From Oscillospiraceae bacterium (GTDB lineage: Bacteria > Bacillota > Clostridia > UMGS1883 > UMGS1540), in contig SVJY01000002.1 of NCBI GenBank assembly GCA_015068765.1, positions 2,915 to 66,914 on the forward strand: a stretch of DNA of 64,000 bases. Direction: 5' to 3'. The notes under the pieces are model-generated. The model did not search any database, had not been told where the DNA came from, and saw nothing but the letters and a program-made list of their open reading frames with translations. Of this stretch, positions 47,743-56,384 are shown one piece after another (the stretch's first letter is position 1; every line of letters starts with the position of its first letter). A program made the translations under genes and the position numbers.

Positions 47743-48644
47743 TGGAGTATGAAGCGTTTGTAGGGGAAAGAATCGATAAAGCGGTGGCGGCAGTGCAGCC
47801 TGCCCTAAGCCGTGCCTATGTGCAGCAGCTGATTGAGGAAGGCCATATAACCGTATCCGGCAAGCAGGTCCGTGCCGGCTATAAGCTGAAAAAAGGGGAT
47901 AGGGTGGAGGTTACGGTTCCTGCGCCCACTGCACCGGAGACCGTCGCCCAGGATATTCCGCTGGATATTGTGTACGAGGACAGTAGTGTGCTCGTTATCA
48001 ATAAGCCGGCAGGCATGGTGGTGCATCCGGCGGCAGGAAATTTGTCGGATACGCTGGTCAATGCGCTTTTGCACCATTGCGGCGAATCCCTTTCGGCTAT
48101 CGGCGGCGTTCTGCGTCCCGGCATTGTGCACCGGATTGATAAGGACACGACGGGGCTCCTGATTGTGGCGAAGGGTGACAGGGCACATCAGCATTTGTCA
48201 GAACAGCTTAAAACCAGAACACTGTCCCGGAAGTATTTTGCACTGGTACACGGAAACGTTAAAGAAGAAAACGGGACTGTGGATGCACCCTTAGGTCGTG
48301 ACCCCCGTGACCGTAAAAAAATGGCGGTGCTGAAAACGGGCGGCAGAGAGGCCGTAACCCATTTTTCGGTGGTGGAGCGATTTGGACAGTACACGCTTTT
48401 AAAATGTAGCCTCAAGACGGGGAGGACGCACCAGATCAGAGTGCATATGCGTCACATAGGGCATCCCATTGTGGGAGATAAAACCTACGGCGTAAAAAAA
48501 GAGTCCTTTCAACTGGACGGGCAACTGCTTCACGCCGGGGAAATCGGTTTTCTCCACCCCCAAACAGAGGAGACCATGACCTTTTCTGTGCCGCGTCCCG
48601 AAGCGTTTGAGCATGTTCTGCAAATTCTAAGAAATAAAGCATAA
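47742..48644 (+). CDS. rluD: RluA/RluD-family 23S rRNA pseudouridine synthase
   Basis: 300 aa with an S4-like N-terminus, HRIDKDTTGLL and TGRTHQIRVH. 1-nt overlap with lspA. Confidence 0.85.
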   Translation: MEYEAFVGERIDKAVAAVQPALSRAYVQQLIEEGHITVSGKQVRAGYKLKKGDRVEVTVPAPTAPETVAQDIPLDIVYEDSSVLVINKPAGMVVHPAAGNLSDTLVNALLHHCGESLSAIGGVLRPGIVHRIDKDTTGLLIVAKGDRAHQHLSEQLKTRTLSRKYFALVHGNVKEENGTVDAPLGRDPRDRKKMAVLKTGGREAVTHFSVVERFGQYTLLKCSLKTGRTHQIRVHMRHIGHPIVGDKTYGVKKESFQLDGQLLHAGEIGFLHPQTEETMTFSVPRPEAFEHVLQILRNKA

Positions 48645-48647
48645 CTG

Positions 48648-48678
48648 GCAGGCGGATGACAAAATGACATCCGCCTGC
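48648..48678 (+). terminator. 11-bp hairpin after rluD (weak T tail)
   Basis: GCAGGCGGATG-ACAAAATGA-CATCCGCCTGC followed by GTTCGTC, so no clear U tract. Confidence 0.4.
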
Positions 48679-48710
48679 GTTCGTCAGAGGATTTTTAAGG
48701 GAGAAGAGAT

Positions 48711-49373
48711 ATGACAACACTTTATATCGTACGCCACGGCGAGGCGAGAGGGAATGTGGAACGGAATTTTCATGGCTGGTATGATTCAGACCTAACGGAA
48801 AACGGCAGAGCACAAATCAGCAGACTGCCGGCGTATTTTAAAGACATACACATTGATGCGGCATATTCCAGCGATTTAAAGCGGACCCGGGAAACGGCGG
48901 AAATTGTGGCGAAGGAGAAGGGGATAGCGGTAGAGACCCGGGCAGACCTTCGTGAAATTCACGGCGGAGACTGGGAAGACGTGCCCTGGGACGACTTGCC
49001 CGTTCGTTTCCCGGAAAGCTACGGAAACTGGCTTCAGCGTCCACACCTCCTGGAGATGCCCCACGGGGAACGGATGACAGCGTTTCAGGATAGAATTTAT
49101 CAGGCAGTTCTGGATATTGCAAAAAAGCATAAAGATGAGAATGTACTGGTTGCCACCCACGGTACAGCCATTAAAGTACTTTTATGCCGTGTGCGAGGGA
49201 TTCCCCTGGCGGCAATGCCGGGGGAGAAATGGTGCGACAATGCGTCTGTCACCGTTTTGGAGATTTGCGGTGACCGGATAAAGGTGAAGGTGGACGGTGA
49301 TAACAGCCACCTTATGGATATCAGTACACTTGCCAAGCAGAAGTGGTGGCGAGGCGGAAAGGACGGAGAATAA
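48711..49373 (+). CDS. histidine phosphatase (phosphoglycerate mutase) family protein
   Basis: 220 aa. LYIVRHGEARGN (RHG motif), SSDLKRTRETA, VATHGTAIK. Confidence 0.75.
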   Translation: MTTLYIVRHGEARGNVERNFHGWYDSDLTENGRAQISRLPAYFKDIHIDAAYSSDLKRTRETAEIVAKEKGIAVETRADLREIHGGDWEDVPWDDLPVRFPESYGNWLQRPHLLEMPHGERMTAFQDRIYQAVLDIAKKHKDENVLVATHGTAIKVLLCRVRGIPLAAMPGEKWCDNASVTVLEICGDRIKVKVDGDNSHLMDISTLAKQKWWRGGKDGE

Positions 49374-50483
49374 ATGAAGCGAGAAATGAAAATAACGAAC
49401 AGGGTGTACCTTTCACCGTGTAAAAACTATCAGGAAAAGCCGGTGCACGATACGCTCGTACCCATGCTGGAGAATATCATCCGGGATAACGGCTTTTCGG
49501 GGGATTGGACGGATAAAAAAGTGGTTATAAAACCTAACCTTCTGGCAAAACGTGTGCCGGGGGCAGGCGTGACAGCACACCCCGTTTTGGTAGAGACGGC
49601 GGCAAGCTACTTTATGAAGCGAGGGGCACAGGTGACGATTGCCGACAGTCCGGGCGGGTTATACCACGCGAAGCTTTTGGAACGGCTTTATGAGACGACG
49701 GGCATGAAAACGGCGGCAGAAAAAAGCGGTGCAGTGCTGAATCTGGACACAAGCAGTCAGAAGCTTGGTGATTTTACGGTGATTACGCCGCTGGTGGAAG
49801 CAGACCTCATTGTAAGTGTGGGTAGGCTGAAAACCCATATGCTTTGTGACATGACGGCGGCAGTGAAAAACCTGTTTGGCTCGATTCCCGGAGCCAGAAA
49901 GGCAGAATTTCACGCTAAGTTTCCAAAGAAAAGGGATTTCTGCAATATGCTGGTTGACCTTTGCCGTACCAATGCACCTCAAATCAATATTATAGATGCA
50001 ATCGTCGCCATGGAAGGGAACGGACCTGCCAGCGGTACGCTCCGTAAGGTGGGAGCGATCTGCGGCAGTGCAAATCCATTCGCCCTGGATTTGATGTGTG
50101 CCTCCATGATGGGCTACAGCCCGGAGGAAGTGGATACGGTGGATATCAGCCGATTAGAAGGTCTTTGCCCCGGTAGTTTAGAGGAATTGGAGATTGTGGG
50201 AGCCGATGTGGCAAAATTTACTCACCGGTTTAAAAGACCGAAGGCGAGCCGGAAGGCCGGACTTTTGCGGCTATTGCCCCGGACGATTGCAAGCCGTCTG
50301 AAAAAGGAAAAGAAACCGGTGATTTTAGAGAAAAAGTGTATCGGTTGCGGCGAATGTGTCCGCTGTTGCCCGGCAGAAACCATGGAGCTCATCGACAAAA
50401 AAGCGGTCATTCACCGAGAAAACTGCATTAAATGTTATTGCTGTCAGGAGCTGTGCCCGCAAAAGGCGGTTGCTGTACGGTAA
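49374..50483 (+). CDS. DUF362-domain protein with C-terminal 2x[4Fe-4S] ferredoxin domain
   Basis: 369 aa. VVIKPNLL, then C-terminal CIGCGECVRCCP and CIKCYCCQELCP. Confidence 0.65.
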   Translation: MKREMKITNRVYLSPCKNYQEKPVHDTLVPMLENIIRDNGFSGDWTDKKVVIKPNLLAKRVPGAGVTAHPVLVETAASYFMKRGAQVTIADSPGGLYHAKLLERLYETTGMKTAAEKSGAVLNLDTSSQKLGDFTVITPLVEADLIVSVGRLKTHMLCDMTAAVKNLFGSIPGARKAEFHAKFPKKRDFCNMLVDLCRTNAPQINIIDAIVAMEGNGPASGTLRKVGAICGSANPFALDLMCASMMGYSPEEVDTVDISRLEGLCPGSLEELEIVGADVAKFTHRFKRPKASRKAGLLRLLPRTIASRLKKEKKPVILEKKCIGCGECVRCCPAETMELIDKKAVIHRENCIKCYCCQELCPQKAVAVR

Positions 50484-50547
50484 AGATATCTTCGGAAGAT
50501 AGGACAACGCCCTTTCTTGACTTTTTATGAAACATTAAACCCTAAAA

Positions 50548-50583
50548 GAAACCGCCTGCAAGGCATATGCCACAGGCGGTTTC
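50548..50583. terminator. bidirectional hairpin terminator
   Basis: GAAACCGCCTG...CAGGCGGTTTC (11 bp), flanked by AAAA and T-rich sequence. It lies between convergent genes. Confidence 0.7.
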
Positions 50584-50590
50584 TGCTGTC

Positions 50591-50962
50591 TTATTCTTTC
50601 AGGCTGTATCGGTAGCCGGTGGGGGAAATCCCCATTTTTCCTTTAAACACACGGAAAAAATACATAGGGTCGTTATAGCCGCACAGATGAGCAATGTCCT
50701 GCATACTGGTAAATTTCTGCTCCATCAGACGGCAGGCGTGGCGACAACGCACAATATTGAGATAACTGGAGAAATTGGTTTTCCTATTCTTTACAGTAAG
50801 AATTCCGGTTCCCTCTGTCACGTAGAACATTTTATAAGTGGCACCGGGCACTGGATTTAAAAGGTGCTCGGTTTGCGTTTCCTGAACAAAGTTAATGATA
50901 TGAATGGTATCAATGGAGGGGTATGAGGGAATAAAACGGCAAACGTTTTTCATATCGGACAT
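50591..50962 (-). CDS. AraC-family regulator stub (cupin start fused to the last HTH, ~150 aa missing)
   Basis: 123 aa. The N-terminus has a cupin beginning (YKMFYVTEGTGILTVKNRK) and jumps directly into YLNIVRCRHACRLMEQKFTSMQDIAHLCGYNDPMYFFRVFKGKMGISPTGYR. The two intact AraC genes in this window are 273-281 aa. Confidence 0.55.
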   Translation of the reverse strand: MSDMKNVCRFIPSYPSIDTIHIINFVQETQTEHLLNPVPGATYKMFYVTEGTGILTVKNRKTNFSSYLNIVRCRHACRLMEQKFTSMQDIAHLCGYNDPMYFFRVFKGKMGISPTGYRYSLKE

Positions 50963-51114
50963 CCTTTCTGTTTTGTATCTTCAGCATATCTCTTTTTCAC
51001 CGATTTCGCAAGAAAAAATAACTTTTATCCATAAATTCATGGTTTTTGTTTCTGTTTCATAGGAAAAATATATGGTATACTTAACATACATTCAATAAAA
51101 AAGGAGCGAAAAAG

Positions 51115-52419
51115 ATGAAAAGAATCCGCATTGGAGTTGTGGGTGCTTATCGTGGCAATACGATGATTAAATACTGCGATAACAGCGACCGGGCAGAGCT
51201 TGTTGCTGTTTGCGACAAGTGAGAAGAAGGCCTTCGCAAACAAAAGGAGGCACATAAGGATAAGGACATAGCATACTATACCTCCTTTGATGAATTTTTA
51301 AAGCATGATATGGATGCCGTTGTACTGACAAACTACGCAAACGAGCATGCACCCTTTGCCATTCGCAGCATGGAGGCAGGCAAGCATGTATTCAGCGAGG
51401 TGCTTCCTGTGCAGAATATGGACGAAGCGGTTCGTCTTATCGAATGCGTTGAAAAAACAGGGTTGGTTTATGCATACGGCGAAAACTACTGCTATATGAA
51501 CGGCCCCCGGGAAATGCGAAAGCTCTACCGTGAAGGCAAAATCGGCGAGTTTGAGTACGGCGAATGTGAATATATACATAATTGTGAATCTATTTGGCCG
51601 GATATCTCCTACGGTGACCCTGACCACTGGAGAAACAATATGTATTCCACATTCTACTGTACCCATTCGCTGGGCCCAATCATTCATATTACAGGGCTGA
51701 GACCGGTTTCTGTGATTGGCATGGAAGGAACAAAAAACATGCGTAATCTGTGCGTCGGAAGCAAGGGCGGTCAGTTTGGCATTGAGCTTGTAACCCTTGA
51801 AAATGAAGGTGTTGTAAAAAGTATTCACGGTGGTTTATATAAAGATTCCATCTGGTATTCCCTGTACGGTTCTAAGGGAAGAATGGAAACAGCACGTGAG
51901 GATGCAAAAACGGATGCATTTAACAGAGTCTATGTCAATGCCGATCCGTACGACGGTGCATATGGCAAGGGGGAGCTGGAAACCTATCTGCCGGAAGTTG
52001 AAAAGGAAGCCTCGCAATACGGGCACGGCGGTTCAGACTTCTTCTCCATGGATAATTTTGTTCGTAAAATTCAGGGCGACCCCAAGGCAGATTCGATTGA
52101 CGTTTATGAAGCACTGGATATGTGGATGCCCGGCCTTTTTGCCTACTTCTCCATTTTAGATGGGAATGTGCCGAAAGAGATTCCTAACCTCCGCAATCCC
52201 GAAGAAAGAGAAAAGTGGCGTGGTGATAAACGGTGTACAGACCCGGCGGTGGCTGGGGATCAGCTTTTACCTACATTTTCTAGGGGCACACCACAGATAG
52301 AGGACGGCATTTATGAAATGCTTCATGGCTTATGGCAGAAGAATTATGAGGAAAACGGTGCATATACCAGGGGCGTATTTTCCCAACCGGAGCCGGAAGA
52401 TTATAAAAGGAGGAAATAA
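51115..52419 (+). pseudogene. Gfo/Idh/MocA-family NAD(P)-dependent oxidoreductase (long form) interrupted by an in-frame TGA at 51220-51222
   Basis: ATG 51115 follows AAGGAG. MKRIRIGVVGAYRGNTMIKYCDNSDRAELVAVCDK-stop-EEGLRKQ...DAVVLTNYANEHAPFAIRSMEAGKHVFSE... continues in the same frame to 52419. The track ORF 51310..52419 is only the part after the stop. Confidence 0.75.
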
Positions 52420-52420
52420 T

Positions 52421-53137
52421 ATGAAACGAAAAATCAGAACGCCGTATTTTGAAATTGGCACAAAAAATTATGTGTATGGCGATACACTGCTGGAATATGC
52501 CCTGGCAGCAGATCGGGCGGCAGAAAAATACGATATTGATGTGCTGTTCATCTGCCCGGCAGTAGAAATTCGCCGGGTGGTGGAAAACACGAAGAACCTG
52601 ATTGTTCTTGCACCGTACATGGATACCCTTCGCCCCGGGCGTGGAATGGCAGATGTTCTGCCGGAGGCACTGAAGGCCGCAGGAGCGGAAGGCGTTGTAA
52701 TCAACCACTGTGAAAAGCCCATGAGTCTTCCCCAGATGAAAGCCACGATTGACAGGGCAAGAGAACTGGATATGATCATATTTGCCTGTGCGGATTCGGT
52801 GGCGGAAACCCGTGCCATCGCAGAGCTGCACCCGGATATTATTAACCCGGAGCCTTCCGAACTGATCGGCGGCACGGGTGGTGGCGTCAGCGATATGGGG
52901 TATGTACAGGAGGTTATCCGGGAAATTCGTAAAATTGATCCGGACATCCTGATCGAGCAGGCGGCAGGCATCACGTGCGGGCAGCAGGTTTATGACTTTA
53001 TTATGGCAGGCTCCGAGGCGGCAGGTGCGGCATCGGGCATTATGAATGCCGAGGACCCAATCGCCATGATTGACGAGATGATTGCCGCAACAAGAAGAGC
53101 AGGAGATGATCTTAAAAAGCGGGAGGAAGTAAAATGA
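52421..53137 (+). CDS. triosephosphate-isomerase-family protein (short, archaeal-like form)
   Basis: ATG 52421 follows AAAGGAGG. VVINHCEKP and INPEPSELIGGTGG correspond to the INHSE and EPPELIG motifs of short TIMs. 238 aa. Confidence 0.65.
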   Translation: MKRKIRTPYFEIGTKNYVYGDTLLEYALAADRAAEKYDIDVLFICPAVEIRRVVENTKNLIVLAPYMDTLRPGRGMADVLPEALKAAGAEGVVINHCEKPMSLPQMKATIDRARELDMIIFACADSVAETRAIAELHPDIINPEPSELIGGTGGGVSDMGYVQEVIREIRKIDPDILIEQAAGITCGQQVYDFIMAGSEAAGAASGIMNAEDPIAMIDEMIAATRRAGDDLKKREEVK

Positions 53138-53628
53138 TTTACAGAGAGTCTTTTAAAGTGCAGTCCCGTGACCGTGCATATACGTTTCACGATGTGACGC
53201 AAAAGGCAAAAGAAATTGTAAAAAAATCCGGGATAAAAGAAGGGATTTGCGTGGTGTATTCCCATCATACCACCTGCTGTGTCATTACCCAGGAGTGTGC
53301 CTTTGATATGTCTATGACGGGCCTTGAAACGCTCCAGCAGGATCTGGTAAACGTTATGGAAAATATGATTCCGGAATGCCGGTATGAGGGGATGTACCTC
53401 CATCCCGGCCCAAAGGCGTTAAAATTTGCAGAGGAGCACGATGAGGATGCATGGGGCTGCCATAACACCGATGCACATCTTCGTTCCTCTATCATCGGCA
53501 GAAGCGAAACGATTGTAATTGAAGACGGAGAGATGGATCTCGGCGAATTCGGCTTTATCCATTTTATTGATTTTGATAATACCCGTGCCAGACAAAGAAC
53601 GGTACAGGTTATGGTTATGGGAGAGTAA
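53134..53628 (+). CDS. YjbQ/UPF0047-family protein
   Basis: 164 aa. CVVYSHHTTCCVITQE and NTDAHLRSSIIGRSETIVIEDGEMDLGEFGFIHFIDFD. ATGA overlap with the upstream gene. Confidence 0.7.
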   Translation: MIYRESFKVQSRDRAYTFHDVTQKAKEIVKKSGIKEGICVVYSHHTTCCVITQECAFDMSMTGLETLQQDLVNVMENMIPECRYEGMYLHPGPKALKFAEEHDEDAWGCHNTDAHLRSSIIGRSETIVIEDGEMDLGEFGFIHFIDFDNTRARQRTVQVMVMGE

Positions 53629-53640
53629 AGGAGAGAGAAC

Positions 53641-55020
53641 ATGAAAATCGGTTTATTACCCTTATACATAGCACTTTATGACAAAACAAGCCCGGGAGTA
53701 AGACCGCGTATGGAAGCGTTTTATGCAGATGTTGCCGATGCCTTTCGTGCACGCGGTGTTTCGGTCGAAACAAGTGATTTCTGCCGTATAAAGCCTGAAT
53801 TTGAAAAAACCATTGCCGCCTTTGAAAAAGCGGAGGTGGATGCGATTGTTACGCTCCATATCGCATATTCACCCTCTTTGGAATCTATCGAAGCACTTAC
53901 AAAGACCGACCTTCCCATCGTGGTATTGGATGCAACGGATACCATGGAATTTACGCCCATGAGCCCGAATAACATTATGTACTGCCATGGTATTCACGGC
54001 GTTATGGATATGTGCAGTATGCTGATTCGCTACGGAAAGCCGTTTGCTATCGCGGCCGGTCATTTTCCGGATTCGGACTGCGTTGACCGTGCCACAGGCT
54101 TTGTTCGTGCCGCAGTTGCTGCCCGTGCACTCAAAACGGCAAAGGTAGCCTTAGTCGGCGGTGCATTTGACGGCATGGGAGACTTTACCGTTTCGCCTGC
54201 GGAGCTTAAAAAGACTTTCGGAATTACGGTAAATGATGCGGAGCCCGAAGTGCTTTCTCAAATTTCTGCATCGATTACGAACGAGGAAATTGAGGAAGAA
54301 AAGACGCGTCTTGCCGCACGCTTTACCATGTCCGAAAGCACGGAGGAAGAGGCATTTTTCGCATCCCTTCGTGCAGGACTTGCTGTCCGCAAATATGTGG
54401 AAAAAGCAGGGCTCACTGCGTTTTCCGTAAACTTTTTACAGGTAGGCGAGGGGGCAGGCATTCCGGCGATGCCGTTTATAGAGTGCTGTCTTGCCATGGA
54501 GCGTGGAACGGGCTATGCCGGCGAAGGGGACGGGCTTACTGCCGCCTTTACGGGTGCATTTTTAAAGGCGTGGCCGGAATCCTCTTTTGTGGAAATTTTC
54601 TGTCCGGACTGGAAAAACAATACGGTTTTACTGAGCCATATGGGCGAAGTGAATTATCGGATTATCAATAACAAGCCTACGCTCAGGAATACAGGCGGTA
54701 ATCTTACCGGCGGTGCACAGCCTTATGCAGGCTATGCACGGATGAAGGGCGGAAGCGGTGTATATGTAAATGTAAGCCGTGCTGCGGAAGGATATAAGCT
54801 TCTGATTGCTCCATGCGAAATGCTGGACGTAACGGAGGATGCATTTCCCGGTACAATGCGTGGCTGGATGCAGCCCGAAAGCCTTTCCACGGCTGCGTTT
54901 TTAGAAGCCCTTTCGGTAAACGGTGCAACGCACCATTCTACCTTTATTTATGACGCTACCGCCGAACAGCTCGAATATTTCGGAAGACTCCTGTCTATGG
55001 AAACAGTTGTGGTGAAGTAG
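53641..55020 (+). CDS. L-arabinose/L-fucose-isomerase-like sugar isomerase
   Basis: 459 aa. KIGLLPLYIALYD, VVLDATD, CHGIHGVMDMCSML, GYAGEGDGLTA. Family-level call only. Confidence 0.55.
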   Translation: MKIGLLPLYIALYDKTSPGVRPRMEAFYADVADAFRARGVSVETSDFCRIKPEFEKTIAAFEKAEVDAIVTLHIAYSPSLESIEALTKTDLPIVVLDATDTMEFTPMSPNNIMYCHGIHGVMDMCSMLIRYGKPFAIAAGHFPDSDCVDRATGFVRAAVAARALKTAKVALVGGAFDGMGDFTVSPAELKKTFGITVNDAEPEVLSQISASITNEEIEEEKTRLAARFTMSESTEEEAFFASLRAGLAVRKYVEKAGLTAFSVNFLQVGEGAGIPAMPFIECCLAMERGTGYAGEGDGLTAAFTGAFLKAWPESSFVEIFCPDWKNNTVLLSHMGEVNYRIINNKPTLRNTGGNLTGGAQPYAGYARMKGGSGVYVNVSRAAEGYKLLIAPCEMLDVTEDAFPGTMRGWMQPESLSTAAFLEALSVNGATHHSTFIYDATAEQLEYFGRLLSMETVVVK

Positions 55021-55032
55021 GTGGAGGAAGCT

Positions 55033-56382
55033 ATGCATTATTTAATCGGACTGGATATCGGTACCTCTTCCGTAAAGGGTGTACTTCTTTCCGAAACCGG
55101 AAAGATAAAAAAAACGGCACATGAAGCGTTTGTATATACGAAAACAAAGGACGGCGGCGTAGAAATTTCGGCAAAAGACTATCTTGCAGCATGTCTTGCG
55201 GCAATCCGCAGTCTTGCAAACGGGGCAGACGGAGAAATCCGGGGCGTTTGTGCTTCGGCGGCAACAGGGAATACCCTTCTTTTGGACGAAAACGGCGAGC
55301 CGCTTACGCCCATACTTAACTGGCAGGATACAAGGGTGACTACGGAGGCGGATGCGGTTTTCGGGGAAATGGATAAGGATGCTTTCTATCGCCAAATCGG
55401 CTGGCCCTTTAATGGAAAAACCTTTCCGCTTGCACATCTGTCCTTTTGGAAGACGCATATGCCCCAAATTTATAAAAAAGCAAAATATGTATGTATGAGC
55501 ACGGAGTACCTGTATAAATACCTTACAGGGAATTTCGGCATCAGTCGTTCCGCCGGCACGCCCTTTTTCCTCATGGATCAAAAGAGCGGAAAATATATTC
55601 CCTCGCTTCTTGATAAATTGGAAATTACGGAAGGAATGCTGCCGGAGATCGGAAAATGCGGTCAGATTGTCGGTACGGTGCGTAAAGAGTGTGCGGCAGA
55701 ATGTGGACTTTTTGCAGGGACGCCCCTGATGCTCGGCAGCTTTGACCACCCGTCAGCTGCACGCGGCGTAGGTGTTTTAAAGGAAGGACAGCTTCTGTTG
55801 TCCTGCGGCACTTCTTGGGTTGGCTTTTTTCCGGTTTCTGATAGGGAAAAGGCAGAAAAGGCCGGAATGCTTTTAGACCCCTTTCTTTCAGAAACGGGCG
55901 GTCCATGGGGTGCAATGACCTCTGTGGCTTCCGTTTCGGCAAATATTAAGCAGTACATAGACCGTTATATTGACAAAGCAGACAAGGCGTTTGCCACTCT
56001 TTCCGAGCTTGCGGCAAAAGCCGCACCGGGTGCAGGAGGGCTCAGACTTTGTCCGTTGGATAAGCCGGATGACAAAAAAGTACAAGGCTTTGAAAAAACA
56101 GATATTGCCCGTGCTATTATGGAAGGAACGGTTGCACTTTTGAAGGCGAGACTTGATTTTCTGAAAGAAAAGGGCATTTCCGCTTCCGAAGCCATTATGG
56201 TGGGCGGACCCAGCGAGGATCCGATGTGGAGAAAAATTATAGAGGAAATGTGCGGTTTCCCTGTCCGCACGGTACACGGTGCCCATGCAGGGGCTGTGGG
56301 TGCGGCACTGATGGCAGGCATTGGTGCGGGGATTTTCAAGGATGAGGAAGCGGCGGCATCCGTCGCGGTGAAAGGAGAATAA
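55033..56382 (+). CDS. FGGY-family carbohydrate kinase
   Basis: ATG 55033 follows GGAGGAAG. YLIGLDIGTSSVKGVLL, GSFDHPSAARG, MVGGPSEDPMWRKI. Confidence 0.85.
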   Translation: MHYLIGLDIGTSSVKGVLLSETGKIKKTAHEAFVYTKTKDGGVEISAKDYLAACLAAIRSLANGADGEIRGVCASAATGNTLLLDENGEPLTPILNWQDTRVTTEADAVFGEMDKDAFYRQIGWPFNGKTFPLAHLSFWKTHMPQIYKKAKYVCMSTEYLYKYLTGNFGISRSAGTPFFLMDQKSGKYIPSLLDKLEITEGMLPEIGKCGQIVGTVRKECAAECGLFAGTPLMLGSFDHPSAARGVGVLKEGQLLLSCGTSWVGFFPVSDREKAEKAGMLLDPFLSETGGPWGAMTSVASVSANIKQYIDRYIDKADKAFATLSELAAKAAPGAGGLRLCPLDKPDDKKVQGFEKTDIARAIMEGTVALLKARLDFLKEKGISASEAIMVGGPSEDPMWRKIIEEMCGFPVRTVHGAHAGAVGAALMAGIGAGIFKDEEAAASVAVKGE

Positions 56383-56384
56383 AA

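Noticed and set aside
51220-51260. Selenocysteine or an alternative genetic code at the in-frame TGA.
   Set aside because: TGA terminates other genes here (rnpA, yidC and others). I see no SECIS-like stem-loop at the expected distance, since GAAGGCCTTC is a loop-less palindrome, and the Gfo/Idh/MocA family is not known to me as selenoproteins.
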